This document shows, in pieces, positions 53,053-61,988 of a stretch of DNA of 64,000 nt. The stretch comes from Syntrophaceae bacterium. Its GTDB lineage: Bacteria; Desulfobacterota; Syntrophia; Syntrophales; Smithellaceae. Made by a program: the position numbers and the translations under genes. Every line of letters begins with the position of its first letter. Positions within the stretch are counted from its first letter, which is position 1. Under the pieces are notes generated by a model. That model worked only from the letters and a program-made list of their open reading frames with translations, was not told the origin of the DNA and ran no database searches. The stretch spans positions 3,266 through 67,265 of the forward strand of contig WRPE01000022.1 of assembly GCA_009773315.1 (NCBI GenBank), given 5' to 3'.

Positions 53053-54948
53053 ATGTCCAAACCATTTTATATTACAACACCGATATATTATGTCAACGCC
53101 TCGCCGCACATCGGGCATGCCTATACCACCATTGTTGCCGACGTCCTGGCCCGATACGCCCGCATGATGGGACGCGAAACATTTTTTGTCACTGGCACGG
53201 ACGAGCATGGCGATAAAATCGCCGAAGCCGCTAAAAAGGCAGGCATTACGCCGAAAGAATATGCCGATTCCATCAGCGCGCAGTTCCGTCATCTGTGGCC
53301 CGAACTGGCTATCACCAACGATTATTTCATCCGGACGACCGACGCGAATCACGTGGAAACCGTTCGTTCCATTTTGCAAAAAGTTTACGACGCGGGCGAT
53401 ATTTATTTCGGCGCTTATGAAGGATTTTACTGTGTCGGCTGCGAACGTTTCTACATGGAAAAGGAACTCGTGGCAGGCTTGTGTCCCGACCACCAGACCG
53501 TGCCGGAGCACCGCAAAGAGAGTAATTACTTCTTCCGCATGAGCAAATATCAGGACTGGCTGATCCGGCACATCCAGGAAAACCCGGATTTTATCCGGCC
53601 GGAAAGGTATCGCAATGAAGTGCTGGCATTTCTGCGCGATCCGCTGGAAGATCTTTGTATCTCTCGTCCCAAAACGCGCCTCACGTGGGGTATCACGCTG
53701 CCCTTCGATCAAAACTATGTGACGTATGTCTGGTTTGACGCACTGATCAATTACGTCACCGCGCTCGATTACCCGGACGGAGAAAATTTTAAAAAATTCT
53801 GGCCCGAGGCCCAGCATCTGATCGCCAAGGATATTTTAAAGCCACATGGCATTTACTGGCCGACAATGCTTAAAGCCGCGGGCATTGAGCCTTATCAGCA
53901 CCTCAACGTTCATGGTTACTGGAATTCGGATTCAAGCAAGATGTCCAAAAGTCTGGGCAATGTTGTCCGGCCGTTGGACTTGAAAGACAAGTACGGCCTG
54001 GATGCTTTCCGTTACTTTTTGCTGCGCGACATGGTGTTTGGGCTGGATTCTAACTTTTCCGAAGAGGCGTTTGTCGCGCGTCTCAATTCCGATCTGGCCA
54101 ATGATCTCGGTAATCTGCTCAGCCGCACCATTACCATGGCCATCAAATATTGCGACGGGAAAATTCCCGAGCCGCCGGCGTCGGATCTGGAAAACAGCTT
54201 ACAGGCTGCAGCGCTTAAAGCGGTAGTGGACGTGGAGGCATCTTTTGCCGACATGTTGCTGCACAAAGCGCTGATGGCCATCTGGGAATTGATCAGCGCC
54301 GCCAATAAATACATTGTGGAAAACGAACCCTGGTCTCTGGCCAAGGATGCCGCCAACCGGGAAAAACTTACGGCAATTATGTACCGACTGCTGGAAGCGC
54401 TGCGCGCCATCGCCATCTTAATCTCTCCGTTCATGCCGCAGGCGGCGGAAAAAATCCTGAGTCAAATCGGTCTGGAGCTACCGCAAAAATTCGATCTGGA
54501 CGTCATCCGTAAAAACGAAACACTGCCTGCTGGCCGCGCTTTAATTCGCGGCGAGTCGCTCTTTCCGCGCGTGAGCGCTGAAAAGGAAGCAAGACCGCAA
54601 CCGAAGAAACCGGCCATCGACTTAAAGCCGGAAATTGAATATGATGAATTCGCCAAAGTGGACTTGCGCGTAGCAAAGATTCTGGCGGCCGAACTTGTTC
54701 CCAAATCCAACAAGCTTGTTAAACTGCGGATCGATATTGGAGAAGAGCGGAGCATTGTCGCGGGAATCGGCAAGGATTATAAGCCGGAAGAACTTGTCGG
54801 CAAATCCATTATCGTCGTAGCCAATTTGAAACCGGCCAAGCTCATGGGCGTGGAATCACATGGCATGCTGCTGGCAACGGACGGCATTACCGGGCTGACA
54901 CTACTGGGATTTGACCGCGAGCCGAAGACGGGGGCAAAAGTTCGTTAA
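53053..54948 (+). CDS. metG: Methionine--tRNA ligase with C-terminal EMAP/tRNA-binding domain
   Basis: PIYYVNASPHIGHAYT (HIGH motif), KMSKSLGN (KMSKS motif), and C-terminal DLRVAKILAAELVPKSNKLVKLRIDIG. The start is trimmed to MSKPFY. Confidence 0.96.
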   Translation: MSKPFYITTPIYYVNASPHIGHAYTTIVADVLARYARMMGRETFFVTGTDEHGDKIAEAAKKAGITPKEYADSISAQFRHLWPELAITNDYFIRTTDANHVETVRSILQKVYDAGDIYFGAYEGFYCVGCERFYMEKELVAGLCPDHQTVPEHRKESNYFFRMSKYQDWLIRHIQENPDFIRPERYRNEVLAFLRDPLEDLCISRPKTRLTWGITLPFDQNYVTYVWFDALINYVTALDYPDGENFKKFWPEAQHLIAKDILKPHGIYWPTMLKAAGIEPYQHLNVHGYWNSDSSKMSKSLGNVVRPLDLKDKYGLDAFRYFLLRDMVFGLDSNFSEEAFVARLNSDLANDLGNLLSRTITMAIKYCDGKIPEPPASDLENSLQAAALKAVVDVEASFADMLLHKALMAIWELISAANKYIVENEPWSLAKDAANREKLTAIMYRLLEALRAIAILISPFMPQAAEKILSQIGLELPQKFDLDVIRKNETLPAGRALIRGESLFPRVSAEKEARPQPKKPAIDLKPEIEYDEFAKVDLRVAKILAAELVPKSNKLVKLRIDIGEERSIVAGIGKDYKPEELVGKSIIVVANLKPAKLMGVESHGMLLATDGITGLTLLGFDREPKTGAKVR

Positions 54949-55205
54949 AAGACCAGGGTGTTGAGGTATTTCAGAACAGCATCTCTTTCTTCCGGTGCGA
55001 CTTTCGCACCTTTTTTAATCATCCGGTCGAGGGTAGCTTCCCACTCCGACGCATTTTTTTTGGCGCTTTCCACTTTTTTAATACCGTGGCACTTGGAACA
55101 GGCCTTGTCCGCAATCGCTTTGCCGTCGGGCTGGGCAAAAGCAACTCCAGCGGACAAAGCACACAAAAACATGGAGCTTACCAAAACCGCAAATGCTCTT
55201 TTCAT
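54945..55205 (-). CDS. Small periplasmic monohaem c-type cytochrome
   Basis: Signal peptide and a single CSKCH motif. The start at ATG 55205 has a GGAAGGAGG RBS. Confidence 0.75.
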   Translation of the reverse strand: MKRAFAVLVSSMFLCALSAGVAFAQPDGKAIADKACSKCHGIKKVESAKKNASEWEATLDRMIKKGAKVAPEERDAVLKYLNTLVF

Positions 55206-55223
55206 AAAAAACCTCCTTCCCAT

Positions 55224-55925
55224 TTATTCGGTTAATAGTTTTTCAATTGCCGGCTGATCAAAGCCGGACACGACTTGACCTTTGATATAAAACAGCGGTG
55301 TTGAGCGGACGCCGACTTTCGCAGAAGCCTCCCCGTGCGCTTTGATGAGTTCTTCAACGTTTTTATCTTTGCAGAGATTAAGCTGGGCGTTTCCATCCAG
55401 TTTCCCTCCTAAAATGTCGTCATAGGCTTTGGTTTTATCCTTGGCGCACAAAATATGCTGAATTTTATTTGCCGAATCCTGAGACAAAGGGAGGAAAAAA
55501 ACATACAGCGTCACATCATCTTTGCGCTTATCGAAAAATTCAAACGCACGACGGCAATAAGCGCAATTCGGGTCCGTAAACTTTACGACCTTTTTTTTCC
55601 CGTCGCCGATTTTCAGCGCTTTATCTAAGGACAGTTTAGCGATCTGGGAGGTCATCCGTTTCGTGTTGCTTTCCTGTGTCAGATTTTTCCCGTCCTTAGA
55701 AATGATATTGCCCAGTAAAATAACATCGCCTTCTGGAAGATAATAATAAACCTGTCGGCCGTTATAGACTTCATAGACGCCTTTGATGGACGTTTCGGCA
55801 AATGTTTCATAGGTATGTTTAGAGAAACTTTTTTTGAATTGTTCTTCCGGCGTTATCTTTTGTGCAGGCGAGCATCCCGTAAGTAAAAAAAGAAACATGA
55901 CAACAATGATCAATAATTTATTCAC
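55224..55925 (-). CDS. DsbC/DsbG-like thiol:disulfide interchange lipoprotein
   Basis: Lipobox LLTGC. Thioredoxin-fold CxxC in FTDPNCAYCRRAF. GTG start with an AAGGAG RBS. Confidence 0.8.
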   Translation of the reverse strand: MNKLLIIVVMFLFLLTGCSPAQKITPEEQFKKSFSKHTYETFAETSIKGVYEVYNGRQVYYYLPEGDVILLGNIISKDGKNLTQESNTKRMTSQIAKLSLDKALKIGDGKKKVVKFTDPNCAYCRRAFEFFDKRKDDVTLYVFFLPLSQDSANKIQHILCAKDKTKAYDDILGGKLDGNAQLNLCKDKNVEELIKAHGEASAKVGVRSTPLFYIKGQVVSGFDQPAIEKLLTE

Positions 55926-55943
55926 GTGAGAACTCCTTTGTTA

Positions 55944-56222
55944 TTATTTGTCAGATTGAGACCAACAATCATCCCATTCAGATGGCGCATGGCCTTCTGA
56001 ATGACAAGTGGCAACGCAGGTTTGAAATACGGCCTCACATAGTCGCAAGTCTGCCTTTATATTTATACAGATTTGCTTTTTGGAGGCGCAACAACTCATG
56101 CAATTTTTTATGCGTTCTTCGCTTGTTTTTTCTGCGACAGCGATGTCAGAAAAAGAGAAGATCAAAAAATACAAGACCATGACAAAACACGACATAAGGG
56201 GAAATATGCTCAACGGTTTCAT
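55944..56222 (-). CDS. Small exported cysteine-rich protein (hypothetical)
   Basis: 92 aa with an N-terminal hydrophobic signal. The mature part has 9 Cys (CMSCC, C, C, CVATCH, C). No family recognised. Confidence 0.5.
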   Translation of the reverse strand: MKPLSIFPLMSCFVMVLYFLIFSFSDIAVAEKTSEERIKNCMSCCASKKQICINIKADLRLCEAVFQTCVATCHSEGHAPSEWDDCWSQSDK

Positions 56223-56321
56223 ACTGTCACCTTCTTCAATTGAAATGACCGACCTGTTGGTTACTTACTACTGGAAAGAAAGTATGTCCACCAAATTGAT
56301 GGATATCGCAGTCGGCATAGA

Positions 56322-57113
56322 TCAACCTCCTTGGATCATATCGATGAACTCAGGCAACATCAAGATCTTGACCTGCTTCTCTTTCGGCATATTGAAAACC
56401 GCCTGGAAGTAACATCCGGTGCAAATATGAACCATGCAGTCCGTTTTGACATGATTGATCATATGGGCCAGACCGTCCGGCTTGTAGCAACAGGCGGGCG
56501 CACCGATCCGGTTAATGGAAAGTCCCTCAATCTTGTGAAAAACCGCATTGGTCGATTTCAGATCCATGAGGACTTTGGCAAAATTTTGGTGGAGCTTGTA
56601 GCAACCGGCGTAATAGTCGATTTCATGAGGCCATTGCAGATCGCTAATTAATTCGGCTAAGACCTTGGGATAAAAGACGATTTCTTCCTCGGGGAAGGCA
56701 TATTTGTAAATAGGATAGCATGGGGAGCAGAAGAGGATCAGTCTCCGGCCCCCCAGTTTTTTCATCTGCTCGATATTTAACCCGGCAAATTCTTTGGAAT
56801 AAGTCCGGCATTGGGCCATGGCCTCGTCGTCTTTGGCCTTGATCGCCGGGCGATAGAGGTAGTTTCCGCAGCAGTATTCTTTTGACAGAAAGGTAAAATC
56901 CATGCCGCCCCTTTTCAGAACGCGGGCAAATGCCTGGATCACTGAAGGCATCAGTTTGAGATTCTGGCAACCCATGATGACAACATGCTCGGCCGGTCGG
57001 TCATAAGGGAGACCCAGAGAATCCATGATCTCTACTCTGTTCGGCTGATCCTCAAGAACATGGCCGTTGGAACGGATTTTTTCAACCATCTGTTTATTGA
57101 TCAAGGTGTGCAT
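56322..57113 (-). CDS. HdrB/LutA-like CCG-domain (Cys-rich) Fe-S oxidoreductase
   Basis: Two CCG-type motifs (MGCQN...KEYCCGN and FCSPCYP...ACCYKPDG...CTGC). Confidence 0.7.
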   Translation of the reverse strand: MHTLINKQMVEKIRSNGHVLEDQPNRVEIMDSLGLPYDRPAEHVVIMGCQNLKLMPSVIQAFARVLKRGGMDFTFLSKEYCCGNYLYRPAIKAKDDEAMAQCRTYSKEFAGLNIEQMKKLGGRRLILFCSPCYPIYKYAFPEEEIVFYPKVLAELISDLQWPHEIDYYAGCYKLHQNFAKVLMDLKSTNAVFHKIEGLSINRIGAPACCYKPDGLAHMINHVKTDCMVHICTGCYFQAVFNMPKEKQVKILMLPEFIDMIQGG

Positions 57114-57226
57114 GGTTTATTCTCTCTTTTAGCATAAAAAGGTCATTGACAGGTCGGAATTATAAATATAACAAGTTGCACCTGCTGTAAAGGCAATAAT
57201 ATCCTAACGAAGAGAAGGCAAAGCCC

Positions 57227-58153
57227 GTGATAAGTTTCCCTGTGGACAACCGAACAAGGAATCGCCTCGAATCAAATCCAAATCGATTCATCGAAGACGT
57301 CATCAAAAAGTTTGTACGCACAAGCCCCTTCAATCAGTTAGAGGCATTCGGAAACGATCTGATTTTTGAAACGCCACTGATCGGTTTTGCCGACGGAAAT
57401 GATGCGCTTTTTACTGATTATAAACAGGTGGTTCACAAACAACATTTTACGCCACGAGAAATCCTCACCAAATATCTTGCGGAAAAATTAAAAGAGGAGT
57501 CCCCTGAGATCAAAAGCGTCAACGTTATTTCTTTCGTCTTGCCCATAAACCGAAAGACAAAGACCAGTAACGCACGGGAAATGGAAGGGCCTTCTCTTCG
57601 CTGGAACAATACCCGCTGGCAGGGCCAGAATTTCATTATAGAACTATCCCGGCATCTGGTTTTTGTGCTTGAACAGTTCGGGGTTCATGCCTTGGCGCCC
57701 GAACTGTCGCCATGCTATAAAATTTTCACGCCTCCTGACAACCTTGCCTCCAGCTGGTCCCAACGGCATATGGCCTACGCCGCCGGGTTGGGAACCTTCA
57801 GTTTGAATGACGGGTTTATTACTCCCAAAGGGATGGCGATGCGATGTGGAAGCGTGGTTACAGACCTGGCGCTTACGCCCTCGCCCAGACCTTACGAGCA
57901 TCATCTGGCAAATTGTCTTTTCTACGCCACGGGAAAGTGTGGGGCATGTATCCGACGCTGCCCTGGCGATGCGCTCAGTGAAAAAGGTCACGACAAGGCC
58001 AGGTGTCTCCATATCCTGTTTGATAAGCAGAAACCATGGATGGAAGGCGCCCATGGGCCCGGCTACATGGGGTTGTATGCCGGATGCGGTCTGTGCCAGA
58101 CAGGCGTTCCCTGCGAGAGCCGGATTCCAGTATCCGGTAGCCAAAAGAGATGA
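57227..58153 (+). CDS. QueG/RdhA-superfamily 4Fe-4S protein (epoxyqueuosine-reductase-like)
   Basis: AAGLGTFSLNDGFITPKGMAMRCGSVVTDL followed by CGACIRRCP and CGLCQTGVPC cluster motifs. GTG start. The subfamily is uncertain. Confidence 0.55.
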   Translation: MISFPVDNRTRNRLESNPNRFIEDVIKKFVRTSPFNQLEAFGNDLIFETPLIGFADGNDALFTDYKQVVHKQHFTPREILTKYLAEKLKEESPEIKSVNVISFVLPINRKTKTSNAREMEGPSLRWNNTRWQGQNFIIELSRHLVFVLEQFGVHALAPELSPCYKIFTPPDNLASSWSQRHMAYAAGLGTFSLNDGFITPKGMAMRCGSVVTDLALTPSPRPYEHHLANCLFYATGKCGACIRRCPGDALSEKGHDKARCLHILFDKQKPWMEGAHGPGYMGLYAGCGLCQTGVPCESRIPVSGSQKR

Positions 58154-58304
58154 AACGGACGTGGATGGGGAATCCCTGCTGAAAGCATTGGAACGTCTTT
58201 CCTTTCTGGACACGGAAATTTCCGACCTGGCCGAGTTGCATATCAATCCTCTCCTGGTCGACGCATCAGGTTGTAAGGCCGTAGACGCCCGGATTATATG
58301 GTAA
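58152..58304 (+). pseudogene. C-terminal ~50-aa remnant of an ADP-forming acetyl/acyl-CoA synthetase (ATP-grasp) gene
   Basis: ETDVDGESLLKALERLSFLDTEISDLAELHINPLLVDASGCKAVDARIIW* resembles the conserved C-terminus (E.DINPL......a.DARI) of that family. There is no upstream coding continuation in frame that makes sense. Confidence 0.45.
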
Positions 58305-58444
58305 TTCAGCTTTTAACTCAAAGATAATGTCAAAACGCCCCAAGCCCTGTGCTCACCGTCACATAGAAGAAAAAAATGTTGGCAAGGCCCTAAAAATAAA
58401 TAAAGGGCTAACCGATGAAACCAGTTAACCCCCTAATTTTTTAA

Positions 58445-58531
58445 TGGTGCCGAAGCCGGGATTTGAACCCGGACAAGCGTACGCTCACTAGACCCTGAAC
58501 CTAGCGCGTCTACCAATTCCGCCACTTCGGC
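58445..58531 (-). tRNA. tRNA-Leu (anticodon CAG), CCA encoded
   Basis: The reverse complement folds as a cloverleaf: GCCGAAG acceptor stem, GCGG..CGC D arm, CTAGG-TTCAGGG-TCTAG anticodon arm, a long variable arm, CCGGG-TTCAAAT-CCCGG T arm, and CTTCGGC-ACCA. Confidence 0.93.
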
Positions 58532-58648
58532 ATGCGAACAGTGCACTATAATGAACGAAGGTATCTTGTCAAGTTAAAATGAGCTTGAATTTAATGCCCA
58601 AAATGCTATGTTGCAACGCTGACCAACTTAAGTGGTGGGAAAAAAGTA

Positions 58649-59596
58649 ATGATTGTTTTTGAAGGAATTGAAACGATAACAAAAGATTACCGGGGGGCAT
58701 TTGTCACCATCGGCAATTTTGACGGTGTGCATCTGAGCCATCAGCATATCTGCCGCAAGCTTGCTTCCGAGGCAAAAAGCGCTGGACAGAAATCGCTGGT
58801 GATTACCTTTGACCCGCATCCCAAAATGATTCTTCATCCGAACATCCATCCCTTTTACCTGATTACCACAAGATCTGAAAAGATGGATTTGCTGGAAATT
58901 TGCGGTGTTGATGCGACAGTAATCATCACTTTTGACATGAAATATTCCAAGACGACCGCCGAGCAGTTTGTGCAGGATTTTTTGTGGAAAAAACTGGCCA
59001 TTACTAAAATCATTATCGGGCATGATTACACCTTCGGACAGGCCAGACAGGGCAACGACGCCTACCTGAAGGCTCAGGGACGAAAACTCGGTTTTTCCGT
59101 GGAAGTGATTCAGGCGTTTAAAATAGGCGATGAAATTGTCAGCAGCACGTTGATACGCAATTACATTCTGGCCGGCGATATTCAGGCCGAAACCCGTTTG
59201 CTGGGGCGTTATTATAACGTTGCGGGCACCGTAGGCAGCGGCGCGGGACGAGGCGCCGGCCTGGGGTATCCTACCGCCAACATCGAGCCGGAAAAAGAAT
59301 TGTTGCCCCCGCCGGGTATTTACGCGGCATTTGTCACGGTTGATGGCAATCGATACAGGGGGGCGCTTAATATCGGAGCAAAACCGACCTTTGAAGATTA
59401 TACATCCACGTTTGAGGTATTCCTCTTGGACTATACGGGCGACCTGCGCGGAAAAAAAATAAATGTGCTTTTTGTGGAGAAGCTGCGGGACATTGTCAAA
59501 TTTGACGGTCCCGAAAGCTTGAAGCGTCAGATCGCGGCGGACGTGGAAAAAACTAAAGAACTACTAACAAAATACAATTTCGATTTCAAAGGATAA
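58649..59596 (+). CDS. ribF: Bifunctional riboflavin kinase / FMN adenylyltransferase
   Basis: TIGNFDGVHLSHQ, ITFDPHP, and C-terminal kinase GRGAGLGYPTANI ... LNIGAKPTF. Confidence 0.94.
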   Translation: MIVFEGIETITKDYRGAFVTIGNFDGVHLSHQHICRKLASEAKSAGQKSLVITFDPHPKMILHPNIHPFYLITTRSEKMDLLEICGVDATVIITFDMKYSKTTAEQFVQDFLWKKLAITKIIIGHDYTFGQARQGNDAYLKAQGRKLGFSVEVIQAFKIGDEIVSSTLIRNYILAGDIQAETRLLGRYYNVAGTVGSGAGRGAGLGYPTANIEPEKELLPPPGIYAAFVTVDGNRYRGALNIGAKPTFEDYTSTFEVFLLDYTGDLRGKKINVLFVEKLRDIVKFDGPESLKRQIAADVEKTKELLTKYNFDFKG

Positions 59597-59741
59597 CGCG
59601 GCGGCAAGAAGGAGGTGCCGGAGGCGTATAAGGATAATACGTTGAGGGCGCCGAGGACCCCCAAGTCTGGGGGCTCGCGCAGCCAACAAAGTTAGCCGAA
59701 GAAAGCGGAATTGTATCAAATAATTTTGGAGGAAATTTGTT

Positions 59742-60821
59742 ATGTTAAAAATTGCTATTGTAGGCGCGACCGGTATCGTGGGTCAGCAGGCGATTGTAAG
59801 CCTTTTGGGACATCCCTGGTTTAAAATTACCAAGTTGGTTGCTTCGGAGCGCTCGGCCGGCAAAAAGTACATTGATGCCCTAAGAGACGCCAGTGGTTCC
59901 ATCCGCTGGTGGTGCCCTGAAGAACTGCCGGCGGACATCGCCAATATGGTTGTGGAAGAAGCGGCAAGCTTCGATCCAACATCCGTTGATATCATTTTCT
60001 CAACCATGGATACAGGTCCCGCCAAAGAGCTGGAACCCAAATACGCCAAAACCACCCCGGTGATCAGCACCGCTTCGGCATTTCGTTATGAAACCGATAC
60101 GCCGATTCTGGTGGGCGGCGTCAATATGGATCACTCGGCGCTTCTGGCGGTTCAACAGAAGAATCGCGGCTGGAAGGGATTCATCTCGCCCAAATCCAAC
60201 TGCACCATCGCCGGTCTGGTGGTTTCGTTAAAACCGATTCTGGATAACTTCGGCGTCAAGCAGGTCATGATGACCTCTTTGCAGGCCATGTCCGGCGCGG
60301 GCCGTACCCCGGGGCTTTCCGCCATGGACATGACGGAAAACATTGTTCCCTATATCCCGGGTGAAGAGCCGAAAGTCGAAACCGAACCACAGAAGATTTT
60401 GGGGAAATTTACCGGCAGCACCATTCAAGACGCGAAATTCGGTATTACCGCCACCTGCACCCGCGTGCCGGTGCTTGACGGTCACATGGTTTGCGCGTTT
60501 GTGCAGACCGAAAAACCCTGCTCGCCGGAAGATGTGAAAAGGGTGATGGTGGATTACGGGAAAGATTTTGCTGAACTGCATCTGCCCAGTTCACCAGCCC
60601 ATCTGATTGACGTTACCGATGATCCGTTCCGTCCGCAGCCACGCGTGGATCGCGATAAAGGCGGCGGCATGACCGTGAGCGTCGGCCGTATCCGTAAAGA
60701 TCCGATTATCGAAAACGGCATCAAATATATATGCCTGGCGCATAACACCAAACTGGGCGCAGCCAAAGGCGCTCTGCAGACGGCGGAATACCTGGTCAAA
60801 AATTATCTCAAGCTCGTCTAA
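59742..60821 (+). CDS. asd: Aspartate-semialdehyde dehydrogenase
   Basis: IAIVGATGIVGQQ and the active-site SNCTIAGLV. 359 aa. Confidence 0.9.
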   Translation: MLKIAIVGATGIVGQQAIVSLLGHPWFKITKLVASERSAGKKYIDALRDASGSIRWWCPEELPADIANMVVEEAASFDPTSVDIIFSTMDTGPAKELEPKYAKTTPVISTASAFRYETDTPILVGGVNMDHSALLAVQQKNRGWKGFISPKSNCTIAGLVVSLKPILDNFGVKQVMMTSLQAMSGAGRTPGLSAMDMTENIVPYIPGEEPKVETEPQKILGKFTGSTIQDAKFGITATCTRVPVLDGHMVCAFVQTEKPCSPEDVKRVMVDYGKDFAELHLPSSPAHLIDVTDDPFRPQPRVDRDKGGGMTVSVGRIRKDPIIENGIKYICLAHNTKLGAAKGALQTAEYLVKNYLKLV

Positions 60822-60833
60822 CCTCATCAGCAA

Positions 60834-60868
60834 GAGAGGGAAAGCGCAACATCTGCGCCTTCCCTCTC
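60834..60868. terminator. Bidirectional hairpin between the convergent asd and lipA genes
   Basis: GAGAGGGAAAGCGCA-ACAT-CTGCGCCTTCCCTCTC, a long GC-rich stem. Confidence 0.7.
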
Positions 60869-61747
60869 TTATATTCCCTCTGTTTTCGCCGCGTGATAGG
60901 AACTGCGTACCAACGGGCCTGATTCGACGTATTGAAAACCTTTTGAATAAGCGATTTCTTTGAATTCGGCAAATTCATCGGGATGATAATATTTGGCCAC
61001 TGGCCGGTGTTTGAGCGTCGGCTGCTGATACTGCCCGATGGTCAGGCGCGCACAAGACGCGGCTGCCAGATCATCCATCAGTCGCAGGACATCTTTTTTT
61101 TGTTCTCCAAAGCCCACCATGAAACCGCTTTTGGAAACAATCGGCGTTGCAGCTATTCGAGAAAGCAATTGAAGAGAAAGATGATAATTGCCTTGCGGCC
61201 GCAACTCGCCAAACAGCGTTTCCGCCACTTCCAGGTTGTGGTTGATCACATCGGGTACGGCGGCAATCAACCTTTCCAGCGCCTTTTGATTGCCCTGAAA
61301 ATCGGGAACCAGGACTTCGATTTTACAGTTTGGTCTCGATTGACGCAGTTGCGTGATACAGTCCGCAAAGACTTGTGCCCCTCCGTCCGGCAAATCATCG
61401 CGCGTCACGGATGTAATGACCACATAATTCAGGTTCATTATTTTCGTTGCGGTAATGAGGTGCTCAATTTCTTTTTCATCAACCGGCGCAGGCTGGCCGT
61501 GCGCAACATGGCAGTAAAGGCAATGGCGTGTGCAGATATTGCCGAGAATTAAAAAAGTGGCCGTGCCGCTTTCGAAACACTCGGCCATGTTCGGACAGGC
61601 CGCCTCCTGGCAGACGGTATGCAATTGAAGACCGGAAAGCGTTGATCGAATTTGACGGCACTGATCGGCATTGGGCGGGCGCACTTTAAGCCAGGGAGGT
61701 TTACGCAGGAGCTGGGCTCGTTCATGCTGTTGATCATTTAGATTCAT
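60869..61747 (-). CDS. lipA: Lipoyl synthase (radical SAM)
   Basis: CQEAACPNMAEC auxiliary-cluster motif and CTRHCLYCHV radical-SAM CxxxCxxC. Confidence 0.94.
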   Translation of the reverse strand: MNLNDQQHERAQLLRKPPWLKVRPPNADQCRQIRSTLSGLQLHTVCQEAACPNMAECFESGTATFLILGNICTRHCLYCHVAHGQPAPVDEKEIEHLITATKIMNLNYVVITSVTRDDLPDGGAQVFADCITQLRQSRPNCKIEVLVPDFQGNQKALERLIAAVPDVINHNLEVAETLFGELRPQGNYHLSLQLLSRIAATPIVSKSGFMVGFGEQKKDVLRLMDDLAAASCARLTIGQYQQPTLKHRPVAKYYHPDEFAEFKEIAYSKGFQYVESGPLVRSSYHAAKTEGI

Positions 61748-61824
61748 TTTATGTATTTTAACTCGGATTACAGCTCTAACTCAAGAATAGTTTTTGAAGG
61801 GTGTGTCGCGTAACCTCGAGTGCT

Positions 61825-61861
61825 CTCGCGCCACCTTTAGGTGGTTAAAGCATTAGGTTAT
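61825..61861 (-). repeat. Second copy (inverted) of the 37-nt core shared with 28634-28670
   Basis: The minus strand reads ATAACCTAATGCTTTAACCACCTAAAGGTGGCGCGAG, against ATAATCTAATGACCTAACCACCTGAAGGTGGCCCGAG at 28634-28670 (31 of 37 identical by my alignment). Confidence 0.6.
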
Positions 61862-61988
61862 CTCCGAACGCACCGTTTTAATTCAAGGCGGACTGCTCGG
61901 TGAGCAGTCCCTATATTTAACCCAAATGTTTAAATGCCACGAAAAACAGATCCTTGGGTTATGCCTAGCCAGGCACGGCATAAAATTA

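Noticed and set aside
52939-53817. 292-aa minus-strand ORF
   Set aside because: It is antisense to metG, whose HIGH and KMSKS motifs are unambiguous. It has no RBS or family features.
59597-59741. Possible lysine riboswitch or asd-type RNA motif in the ribF-asd spacer
   Set aside because: The spacer has local hairpins (CGTAT-AAGGATA-ATACG; CCCCCA-AGTC-TGGGGG at 59658-59673) and a GCCGAAG word. However, it is too short, and I cannot trace the five-helix L-box junction. The GC hairpin is more simply a ribF terminator-like structure. An Rfam cmscan would settle this.
61748-61988. Possible glycine riboswitch associated with the gcv genes
   Set aside because: The spacer lies downstream of gcvPB, upstream of lipA, not upstream of the gcv operon. 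I see no tandem aptamer features. It is treated as a repeat or 3'-UTR element instead.
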